Notes under the pieces: model-generated
Database searches by the model: none
Seen by the model: the letters and a program-made list of their open reading frames with translations, nothing else
What the model was told of the DNA's origin: nothing
Made by a program: the position numbers and the translations under genes
From: Octopus vulgaris
Lineage: Eukaryota
Direction of reading: 5' to 3'
NCBI GenBank assembly: GCA_951406725.2
Contig: OX597817.1
Span: 166,408,001 to 166,472,000 of the forward strand
DNA length: 64,000 bases
In this document: one piece after another, positions 52,865 through 64,000 of the stretch
Numbering within the stretch: position 1 is the stretch's first letter
Layout of the letters: every line of letters starts with the position of its first letter

Positions 52865-53053
52865 CATTTATATATAAATCTTTCTCTCATGCTCACTCAC
52901 TCTCTCTCTCTCTATATATATATATATGCTGAAATTGCGAGGATGATCCGGTTCTTGACTGAAGATTAGAGGCTTCGAATGACCCGTCCGTTTTTCGTGT
53001 CGTCTCTTTGAGTGTTTTGCGTTCTTGTCCCATTGTGTATTTTTATATATATA

Positions 53054-53154
<101 letters not shown>

Positions 53155-53245
53155 GTTCAGTAGAAATTTAGATTCAAATGAATATGGTACTTAAGTTGAG
53201 GCACCAGAATTTAGTATGGTATTTGTGCAGCTGAAGATTGCTCTA

Positions 53246-54090
53246 CAGTAACCGGCGTCAGTAACTAACTTATAATTCAGATACAAGATAACATGTGTCA
53301 CGTCATTATATGTTATAATTTTTCAAAATTCCGCGCGCAGGCGTATTACAGTCGGCAATAAATATAATGCTGAGTTTTTATTTTTCATTTCCTTCGAAAA
53401 TTGCTATTTAATCGTGGTTTTGACCGTGTTGGCTGCTATTTCTAGCATGTAAAAATTACCTGTTAAAGGGTAGTTTGCTTTTGTGTTTAAATGTACATTA
53501 TTTTAAAATATGAATATGTTGTCTATTGACTATTTATACATGCTAGGCCACTGGTGGTGATATTTATAACGAATATTCGCTACCCTATATATGTATCTTA
53601 TGAATATGTTCTTAGCATTCTCGAAGATTCAGCTCGGCATTATATTTATTGCCGCCGGAATTTTGAAAAATTATAACATAATGACGGGACACGTGTTATC
53701 TTGTCTCTGAATTATAAGTTAGTTATTGAGGCCGGTTACTGACGAGAATTCGCCTGGCGGATAATATTGTTTTGCTAAATTATCTATTAAAAGATGGCAA
53801 GCAGTATTATTTGCTAAAGAAATTCAAAACCATGGTATAACCGTAAATAAAAATAACAAGGTAAAAGTTTTTATTTTTCATTTCCTTCGAAAATTGCTAT
53901 TAAATCGTGGTTTTGGCCGTGTTGGCTGCTATTCCTAGCATGTAAAAATTACCTGTTAAAGGGTAGTTTTCTTTTGTGTTTAAATGCACACTATTTTAAA
54001 ATATGAATATGTTGTCTATTGACTATTTATACATGCTAGGCCATTGGTGGTGATATTTATAACGAATATTCACTACACTATATATGTATC
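53246..54090 (+). mobile_element. Penelope pLTR-like unit in partial-tandem plus 5'-inverted arrangement
   Basis: 53246-53374 is inverted relative to 53633-53741. 53373-53597 is directly repeated at 53866-54090. A hammerhead lies between them, and the 3' ends run into TATATAT. Confidence 0.7.
53734..53842 (+). ncRNA. Hammerhead ribozyme with long stem II, G12A-mutated
   Basis: GGTTA-CTGACGA-GAATT...AATTC-AAAAC-CATG-GTA-TAACC. Perfect 5-bp stem I, palindromic ACCATGGT stem III, and GAAA changed to AAAA. Confidence 0.7.
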
Positions 54091-54134
54091 ATATATATAT
54101 ATATACAGAGAGAGGTGGGAGAGAGAAATAGATA

Positions 54135-55157
54135 CGAGGGACGTTCAATAAGTAATGCCTCTGACCCACTTGCAGTTGTTTGATCTAGCTGAAATTTTGC
54201 ATGTGCAATCATTTATATCTCTATAGAGTAGGTGAATTAATTGTGGTTTCTGATTTACAGGTGTTTGAACCGAGTCAAGTGTGAAATGGAGCCTGTTGAG
54301 TGTCGAGCAGTGATCCGGTTTTTGTATTTGAAAGGACGCACACCACGGGAGACTTTTGATGAAATGAAAGTAACTTATGGTGATGATGCCCCATCATATG
54401 ACCTTGTAAAACGCTGGCATCGTGAATTCAAACATGGTCGGAACTCTGTGGAAACAGCTCCCAGATCTGGTCGCCCCCTTCTGCCATTAATGAGGCATCT
54501 GTCCGTCAAGTTAAGGCTGCCATTTTGAAAGATCGACGCATAATTATTCGCCAAATAGCCCATGAGGTTAAGATTAGTACCGGGTCTGTGGAAACTATCA
54601 TTCATGACCATTTGCATATGCAAAAGGTGTCTGCCAGATGGATTCCCAAGTTGCTCACGCCTTTCCAGAAGCAAGAACGCGTCGAGTGATCGAGGGTGAA
54701 TTTGGAGATGTGCCAAGAAGATGAGTCAAAATTTTTCAAAAGATTGATCACACAGGATGAAACCTGGGTCCATCACGATGATCCAGAGAGCAAAGCCCAG
54801 TCAATGCAGTGGAAGCACCGTGACTCAACCCCTCCAAAGAAGGCAAGGGTGCAGCCCTCCGCTGGCAAGGTCATGCTCACAGTCTTCTGGGACCAGGACG
54901 GAGTAGTGATGACAGATTTCCTGGCAAAGGGTACCACAATTGCAGGAGCCTATTATGCTTCACTTTTGAGGAAATTAAGAGAAGTTATCAAAATCAAGAG
55001 GCGGGGCAAGATCAGCAAAGGCATCCTCCTCCGGCAGGACAATGCTCCGGTCCACAACTCGCGTGTCGCCAGATCAGAAGCACAGGCGTATGGCTATGAA
55101 CTCCTCCCCATCACCCCTACTTTCCTGACCTTGCACCCTCTGATTTTCACCTCTTCG
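54135..55157 (+). mobile_element. Mariner (DD34D-type) element, 3'-truncated; transposase pseudogene from 54286
   Basis: TA-CGAGGGACGTTCAATAAGTAATG left TIR. Protein motifs MEPVECRAVIRFL..., RSGRP, WIPKLL, ITQDETWVHH, QDNAPVH and PDLAPSDFHLF, with frameshifts and a stop. Confidence 0.93.
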
Positions 55158-55267
55158 TAACTCTGGGTGGTTCCTATGTAAAAAAAGACTAATAACTGTG
55201 CCAAGTTTCGTTGCTCTACTGCTATGAGAAGTGGGTCAGGGGCATTACTAGATATATGCATACATAC

Positions 55268-55318
<51 letters not shown>

Positions 55319-55319
55319 C

Positions 55320-55366
55320 AAAACTGTCCGACGATCGGGAACGTGAAACTCCGAGTAACAGGTTTT
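55320..55366 (+). ncRNA. Minimal hammerhead variant (U4C core) inside (TA)n
   Basis: AAAACTGT-CCGACGA-T CG GGAA CG T-GAAA-CTCCGA-GTA-ACAGGTTTT. Stem I AAAACTGT/ACAGGTTTT; stem III ACTC-C-GAGT. Confidence 0.6.
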
Positions 55367-55645
55367 GCTGAATTTCTGCTGCTTTTAAATAAAGTATATA
55401 TATATATATTAACCGGTGTTGTTCGCGTAAACCATTGGTTCGTTTTGTTCTCTTACTTTATTATCATCTTATAATAATTACCTTTATGACTCGTATTACT
55501 ACCTCAGTCAATATACATCTATATATTTGTCACTACCTGTCATAAATAGCCTTTTTCTATTTGCAATATGCATTTTCGTTGATTTTTCATATTTTACCCT
55601 TACATTTCCACCTGTATTTTATATTTTCTTTTCGTAACATATTTC

Positions 55646-55699
<54 letters not shown>

Positions 55700-55703
<4 letters not shown>

Positions 55704-56032
55704 AGGGGATCCTCTTCGGTCATGAATGACCATAGAATTGTACCTGGAAAGTTACCCTCCGGGGCATAAGTCCGGGTAAGGTTGTTTGTGGAAGGCCAGC
55801 AGTCACCCATGCATATCAGCCTCCCCTCTCCACACCACTGATTTTATCCAATAGAAAGGCCGATACAGCATGGTATCTGTGATGTCGCAACTCATTTCTA
55901 CAGCCGAGTTAACTGGAGCAACGTGAAATAAATTATTTTGCTCAAAAACACAACACGCAGCCCGGTCTGGGAATCGAACTCACAACTTCATGATCGTAAG
56001 CTCGACGCTTTAACCACTGAGCCATGCGCCTT
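55700..56032 (-). mobile_element. SINE family C-related variant
   Basis: Colinear with 62860-63197. Minus-strand head GGCGCATGGCTCAGTGGTTAAAGCGTCGAGC...GAGTTCGATTCCC. Confidence 0.85.
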
Positions 56033-56113
56033 CATATATATCTATATATAATAAACGACTATACGCACACACACATGCACACATATATAATATATGAATA
56101 TACACATCACACA

Positions 56114-56174
<61 letters not shown>

Positions 56175-56468
56175 GTATATATATTGAAAAGAGAAGGAGA
56201 GTGTTTTGCTCAAGCGAAAGATGGCGTTATGGCTTTATAAATAAACCACTGTAAGATCTGATTTCTAGTTTTAACGCATTACATCATTCTATCTGCCTGG
56301 CCATTTATCTTCCGTCCATTCAACTGACACCTAGAGCCCTGCTAGTTTGTAAATTCATTCGACTATTATCAAAACATCACACACACTCACACACACACAC
56401 ATACATACACACATACACACATACACACACACACACATACACATACACACGCACGCGCACAGAGACAT

Positions 56469-57062
<594 letters not shown>

Positions 57063-57454
57063 TATACACGGATACATGCACACTCTCCTGCTGCAATCAT
57101 CTAACAGTTCCCGCCTCGATCTGATAACCTGTAACACTGCACTGGTAATTCTTCTGCAAGTGGGATGCAACATGGCGTTTGCTAGCGGCAATTTATGACA
57201 TTCTGACGGTCAGTGTTGGGAGGCCGTATCGCAGATTTATTGCTTGCTATTGATAATGGTTTATATTCGTTTCAGCAGAGAAGGATATTTTTGTTTGTTT
57301 TTTGTTATAGTTGCTATTTAGTTTTAACTGCCATTTCTTTCTAATTTGTTGTTGTTACTAGGTTTGAGGTTCTTGTTCTGCCTGACGAAGTTTTTGTGAT
57401 GCTGCTTTGATGTATTTATTCCCACCTCCACTTGTCAATATATTCTTTTTTGTC

Positions 57455-58160
57455 TTTTACTTGTTTCAGTCATTTGATTACGCCCATACTGGAGCGCTGC
57501 GTTGAAGTGTTATGGTCGAACAAATCGATCCAAGACTTATTCTTTGGAAGCTTAGTACGTATTCTATCTGTCTCTCTGGTCGAACCGCTAAGTTATGGGG
57601 GCATAAACACATCAACATCGAATCTCAAGCGACACGCACACACACACATACACATACACATACATATATATACGACGGACTTCTTTCAGTTTCCATCTAC
57701 CAAATCCACTCACAAGGCTTTGGTCGACCCGAGGCTAAAGAACAAGTCACTTGCTCAAGGTGCTACGCAGTGGGACTGAATCCGAAACCATGCGGTTGGG
57801 AAGCAAGCTTCTTACCACACAGCCACTGCACATATAATCTTTTATCTGTTTCACTTATTAGAATGCAACCCTAGTACTGTTTTGTTTAAACCTGGTAGTT
57901 ATTCTATAGGTCTGTTTTGCCCAACCGCTAAGTTACGGGAACGTGTGTGTGTGTGGGTGGAAGAAGTACAAGCACAGACACAGATACACACACACATACA
58001 TACATATTTACGATAGACTTCTTACATTTTCCGACTACCAAATCCACTCACAAGGCTTTGGTCGGCCCGTAGCTATTGTAGTAGACAGTTGCTCGAGGTG
58101 CGTCGCAATGAGACTGAACCCGGAACCATGCGGTTGGGAATCAAATTCCTTACCTGCACC
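57455..58160 (-). mobile_element. Two diverged SINE family B copies
   Basis: CTACCAAATCCACTCACAAGGCTTTGGTCG occurs twice. Confidence 0.8.
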
Positions 58161-58866
58161 TATACATATCTATTTAACTAGTTTCAGCTCGGAAGCTGTG
58201 GTCATACTGGGGCACCATATACAATAATATATTTTTGATAGTAAATTGTATACAACAGTTATACTGAAATGATCACCCAATCGACTGAATGATTCTATAT
58301 GCATTGCAATCATTCATTTACAAAAGTTAATTAATTACTCAGCTGAATTAGATCAAGTTCTCCAAGCAGTTCTTGATTGAAATAGAGAGAGAGGATTGAA
58401 GATGAGAGAGAGAGAAGAAGAAAGAGGAGGAGGACGGAGAGAGATGAGAGTGAGTTGAGAAATATATATTTATGTGTTAATTCGTTACTACTTGCTTAAA
58501 ACTTCACATAAAACAAGTTACAATTTGTGTAGTCACTATTACAGTTAGCTCAAAAGCCGAGACACAAGAATAACCCGAAAAGGTTTCCCTGCTTTCAGCG
58601 TTGTGGCCTGTATCACATCGATAAGAGAAGAGGAGACATTGAAGCACTAAAATGCAGGATGCCTTAAAGCATTAATGTATATGTATTTTAGCTCACAGTT
58701 CAAATAGTAATAAGGGTCCATCCCGTATTTTTGTAATATCTGGTATAGGTATAGCGCCGATATTCTGAGCATTAATGGCCCAAAACCTATCATGAACGCA
58801 CAAATTTACACTAATGTTCCAGCACCTGTATTCCATTTAATTAAATGAACTTAATAGTTGATTAAT

Positions 58867-59131
58867 GTGGAGGCGCGTGGCTTAGTGGGTAGGGTGTCAG
58901 CATCATGATCGTAAGATTGTAGTTTCGATTCCTGGACCGGGCGACGCGTTGTGTTCTTGAGTAAAAAAAACTTCATTTCACGTCGCTCCAGTCCACTCAG
59001 CTGGCAAAAATGAGTAACGCTGCGATGAACTGGCGTCCGGTCCAGCTGGGGAACACATACGCCATAGAAACCAGGAAACTGAGCCCATGAGCCTGGCTAG
59101 GCCTTAAAAGGGTGCATTTATTATTCATTAT
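58867..59131 (+). mobile_element. SINE family C-related copy, 16-bp TSD
   Basis: TSD TTAATAGTTGATTAAT at 58851-58866 and 59132-59147. Confidence 0.9.
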
Positions 59132-60311
59132 TTAATAGTTGATTAATAAAGAGTGGTTTGCCCAGTGTGACCTCCCCTGGTTCAAAGAAATTAGTAATCT
59201 GAAAAAGCTTCGGATTCTATGAATTCGTGAGTGGACATTGTTACCTTCTCAGTTTTCTCACCGTTGGCCTAGCACAACAACCTAGCTGTCACAACTGGAA
59301 GGAGGGGGCATTCACTAGCACCCAGCTGGTACTCATTACAGTTGAGTTGAGTAGAACCACCGTGCAACGTTAAATGAAGTGCCTTGCTCAAGGACGCATT
59401 ACACCGCTCTGTTCAGGATTTGAAACTAGTAGCTTCTGATCATGATCCTAACTGCATCCTTATTACTAGAGTGGTAGATGTCAGAACTTGTACAGTAATA
59501 GGTAACATACCTTAAGATATTCAACTGCGCACGTCTAAGCTCTGAGTTCATACCCCACCTGTGTGAACGTTGCCATTCATTCTCCTGACGCCCAGAAATA
59601 AGTTCCGATCAGATACTGCTTTTCCTGTAATCCAAAATTCTTCTGCCCTTTATTAGAGTAGATGTGTATGATTGTTTTATGGTACGTTATTATGTTCTTG
59701 TTTGCTTGATACATAATAGACGGCAGCAACTACCCACTTACAATAAACGTGTGACCTTGTACCTATATAACAAATCATAAATATTATAGTTGGCACACTC
59801 CTGCTGCTGAATTCTGTAAATTTATATTCGCTGTATTATAATCAATAAGTATATAAATACAGCATGAGATTATAGATATAACGAAGACCACAAACTCTCT
59901 GAACTAATAAATGTGAGGAATAAACATAATAATCTTGATAAAAAAAAAAAATAATAATGTGGTGGTTAACTTCAGCAAAATGCTTAAAATATATTCGTGA
60001 GGTGAGGTGGGCACTGATGTTTCGTTTTGGACAGGGTTCCTTGAATAAATTAGGGGTGCTTATTCCTAAAACAGTTTGAATACAGGTCACAGAATACGAT
60101 GAACAACGAAGTAAAAAAACTTTGTTAAACCAATTATTAATGATATATGTCTTTCTTCATCTATCCTTACTTAACTTGGTATGCTGTAATAATTTTTTTG
60201 CAGCAAGGTTCCGTCTTCGAAGAAATGATACGTATGTAAGAAGGTTGTGAAGAAAATTGAGAAATGTAAGAAAAAATGGGAGAGATGTCGATGACCGGAC
60301 ATTATCAAGGT

Positions 60312-60532
60312 CAGTGGTTCTCAACCATTTTTTCCCCTATGGATCCCTTTGATTTATATTTCATTTGGACAAACTCTCATATCCATTCGATGTTCGAAAA
60401 CTATCATTTTTTCGTAGTTAAGTATTATTAGGAATTCTTTTTTAAAAAAATTGAAACATTTTGTGCATTGTAGAATTATAACCAATTTATTGACATCAAA
60501 ATCTTATATGAACCCCTAAGTTGGGGACCTCT
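60312..60532. mobile_element. Old hAT (Charlie-like) MITE
   Basis: Starts CAGTGGTTCTCAACC. Degenerate right end GTTGGGGACCTCT. Confidence 0.5.
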
Positions 60533-60899
60533 AATCTTGGTAGTAGGTCAACGGGGTTTTATTTGTATTTATTTATTTAATGAGAGAGTCTACTTGGATC
60601 ATTAACCGACTCCTCAGTTCAAGTTATTGGCCATCTCTCCCCCAGATGCAATTTCTTCTTTACTTACATTCCTCCAGTTTCGTTCACAGTTTTTATACGT
60701 ATAATTATTTCAAAATAATTTTTCTCGGGATGTCATGCCTCATGTTCTCATAGAGCTCACCAACATTGATATATAAGAGAAAACATAAGCAACATGCTAT
60801 TCAGCTGAAACACCACTTGTTTTATGTATGAAGTGGTCTGCAAGTCAAGATAATACCCGAGCCCCACGGCGTCCGTACTGGTGTTCTGGTAGCCTCCTG

Positions 60900-61490
60900 G
60901 CTCATTAGAGTTCGTAAGGATTATATATTTTTCTGCCATATACAATTTACATAGTCTTGTTCCATTGCGATAGGGTCCACAAATTTCTAATAATTTCCAT
61001 CTGATGCTAAAGGGCGTATGATCGTCCTTTAGGCGCCATACGTATGCTGCGAGTGTCGCTGTGTTGAATATCTGTGGTTGTTCAGGCGAATTTTAAATTT
61101 GGATTCACAAAATCCGACATAAATTTTAGTGTGTGTCCCTGTGTTGGCATTGATGTTACTGATATTTGTGCTGCTTCTGTTTGAGGCTACCTTTGCTTGA
61201 TACACTGTAGCATCGGTGTTACATCGGCCGTCCACTGGGCTTTTATTTCTAATCCTGCATGAACAACCTGCCTCTGTCAGTGGTTTAGGAGTGCTATGTA
61301 ATATTTTCTTAACATTGGGTGCACAAATGAAAGAGATCCTTAAATTATGTCTATTAAAGATCTTTCTATACTTGTGTGATCGCGTGAAATGATTATCAAC
61401 CAGCCTAGGAAAAATCTTACCTACGCATGTCCGGTCGTTTAGGGAGAAGTAGGGAGCGAACTATAAGGTCTTGCGGTGGCGTTTCCTTTT
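60900..61490 (-). pseudogene. Penelope-like element C-terminal fragment (linker plus GIY-YIG endonuclease)
   Basis: Minus strand FAPYFSLNDRTCVGKIFL..LVDNHF...KIFNRHNL...CSCR...PVDGRCNTDATVYQAKV...IYVGFCESKFKIRLNNH...VWRLKD...CKLYMAEKYII. Confidence 0.85.
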
Positions 61491-62286
61491 ATGGTGTATA
61501 TACTATATGGGAGAAAACATATGCAACACGCTGTTCAGCTGAAACACCACTTGTTTTATGAATGAAGTGATCCTCAAGTCAAGATATTGCCCGAGCATGG
61601 CTATAACCGGAATGGCAAAGACACAACGAAAGAACTCCATACATCCATCCATTTTATCCGCCAACCATTCTTGGGAGGGTCGTGGAGATAGAAACCTCAG
61701 ACACCTCTTCCATAGAGTCCTATCAGAAGCAAACTTCCTTAAAAGTTTTTGCTAGATTCCCTAACATGACTAAATGAGATTCTGAATATTAACCAACCGT
61801 TTCGTTTTCGATCTACAGCAAACTGGGTACAGCAAAAGGTCTTTAGTTATGTTAATAATTCCCAAATTCTAACTTAACAATATTTAGCGTCAAATAGAGA
61901 CTACGAAACAAGGATTTCTCTATACCATAATATGATTTCTTTGCGAATGAAAATTGTCAACCGTCTTAGCCAAACCCCAATGGAAAGAACAAATATTCAA
62001 AGATACTTCAACAGTCTCAATTTCCTTACAATATACCACGTCGAAACGTCAGTTTGTATTTCTTACAAGAGCGACCCTTCAGACGACATATGTTCATTTC
62101 GTTCACTTTCTTTAAATGACATAGTTCAACGTAGACAGTGGCGCCCCGTTCTTAAAATTCGTGTACCTCTTAAATAAAATATCGCCTTTCTCTACTTTTC
62201 AAATAAATTATATATCCCGAAACTTTTGCAATAATTTATACACGCGACAGCAAATACCCAGCCTTATAAATTTTTTTATAGACTCA

Positions 62287-62366
<80 letters not shown>

Positions 62367-62859
62367 ATGTATATGAAGTTAAAAAATAGAAAAACAAGGT
62401 CACCATAATATCATCATCATTATCGGATCATCATAGTATTCGTCGTCACCGTCGTCATCATCATCCATCTCCTTTTTCTAGGAGACCTAAAAATATTTCC
62501 AAATATATTATATGTAAATAATCGGCTTTCTCCGCCCTTTCTCTGCCCTTCATCTACATCACGATATCAAAAGATATCAACGTGCGTCTGTGAAGGGCGT
62601 GGTTATTGCCGTTTTTGTCTGTTGCAGTTGTTGCTGTTGATGTTGTTGTCGTTGTCCTTGCTGTTGTTTATGGCTTTCTTTGTTGTTGTATCTGTCTGAA
62701 ACATGTCTGTCGTTTGTTTGGCTTATATATTAGTGTCTTTGGTGTTATTGTCTTTCACCCTATATTTTTAGTTCTTTATGTCGTTTTGCAAATTTTTTTT
62801 GTACCAGTCACCCCCAGTTACCACGAGTTGTTCAAAGAAAACGTTGTTTTATTTAGGTG

Positions 62860-63197
62860 GTGACCCCCTTCGGTCAGACACTGACCATGGGTTTGCACCT
62901 AGAGAGTTACTCTCTGAGGCACAAGTCTGAGCAAGGTTGTTTTGTTTATGGAAGACCAGCAGTCGCCCATGCATACCGGTCTCCCCTCTCCACGCCACCA
63001 GTGTTATCCAAGGGAAAGGCAAAGGTCGATACAGCTTGGCACCTGCGACGTCGCAACTCATTTCTACAGCTGAGTGAACTGGAGCAACGTGAAATAAAGT
63101 GTCTTGCTCAAGAACACAACACGCAGCCCGGTCTGGGATTCGAGCTCACAACCTCACGATCGTAAGCTCGACGCTCTAACCACTGAGCCACGCGCCT
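62860..63197 (-). mobile_element. SINE family C-related variant
   Basis: Minus-strand head GGCGCGTGGCTCAGTGGTTAGAGCGTCGAGCTTACG...; body CTTGAGCAAGACACTTTATTTCACGTTGCTCCAG. Confidence 0.88.
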
Positions 63198-63714
63198 TAG
63201 TTAGGTATACAATATCGAAGTGTAACAGACTAGTTATTTGGGTCAAGAAAATTCAGTTGGTCTTGTTGTTCATACCTTTCCCAAATAATACTTTACTTGA
63301 GGATACAAGTGGTATTAGTTTCTAAGTGGAATGTAAACCGTAACGTTGTCTCCAGATTACTAGAATTTTAGCTATCCTTCGTTAACGCTCAACGTAATTA
63401 GACGCAGGTGTAGTTGTGTGACAAGAAGTTTGCTTGCCAGTCACGTATTTCCTGGGTTCAGTCACAATGTGTGGTTCCTTAAGCAACTATCTTCTACTAT
63501 AGTCTCGGACCGGCCAAAGCCTTGTAATTGAGTTTTCTAAACAGAAACTGAAAAAAGCACGTATATATATATGTATATAAATTAGAGAAGAACCACCATG
63601 TAGCAATTCAACAATGATATAATTAAATCATACCATATAGAAAAAAATTAAATATACGCTAAACCTAGAACTAAATAAAATACAAAATAATAAATAGTAT
63701 ATAATTAGTAATTA

Positions 63715-63785
63715 CACTACATGTGTTTCGTGGCTATATTTTAAAACTGATCAATTCAATTTAAATATAGTCACTCATCAGATCC
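63715..63785 (-). ncRNA. Hammerhead ribozyme motif in a pLTR-like unit
   Basis: Minus strand: CTGATGA-GTGACTATATTT...AAATATAGCCAC-GAAAC-ACAT-GTA. Canonical core and 12-bp stem II with one mismatch; stem I is weak. Confidence 0.7.
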
Positions 63786-64000
63786 AAGATAAAATAAAAT
63801 AATTAGATAAATGTACGTATATTATCTTATATATATTTATATATAATTTCAACAATTGAGGGTAAAATTAATTAATTAATCAATTTTACCAAGTATTCAG
63901 TATACAAAGGGACCATTTAAGGCGAATTCAAATTATTACATTATATAAAAGGGCTTAGTAAAATAAATTACTTTGCCGCATACTGAACTCATTAGAAATA

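Noticed and set aside
52955-53000. CTGAAGA in a (TA)n-flanked insert
   Set aside because: No paired stem II or GAAA follows.
61523-61596. SECIS-like hairpin on the minus strand near the Penelope fragment
   Set aside because: The 5' motif is UUGA rather than RUGA, the quartet register is off by one, and no in-frame UGA was seen at Cys positions.

Overview
AT-rich, repeat-saturated eukaryotic (animal) DNA with no intact protein-coding gene. Almost all ORF-track entries are microsatellite or SINE artefacts. The density of (TA)n/(CA)n/(ATT)n tracts plus three tRNA-derived SINE families suggests an octopus/cephalopod genome (inference). The window holds dozens of SINE copies (several with clean TSDs, nested or multimeric), pogo/Tc1/hAT-type MITEs, non-autonomous Helitron-like elements, and decayed mariner, maT-like, CR1-group LINE, RTE and Penelope (GIY-YIG) fragments. 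The most notable signal is a set of about eight type-I hammerhead-ribozyme motifs (CUGANGA...GAAA-palindrome-GUH). Most sit in short non-coding units whose 3' ends run into (TA)n, and several have very long stem II or variant cores (U3-A8, U4C). Two lie in the arms of a ~1.6 kb palindrome (23485-25077). This looks like a diverse family of (TA)n-targeting, ribozyme-bearing Penelope-type pLTR/retrozyme elements. A candidate 24-nt microexon (28997-29020, minus strand) suggests the window may be a large intron. Coordinates were read by eye and may be off by a few bases.
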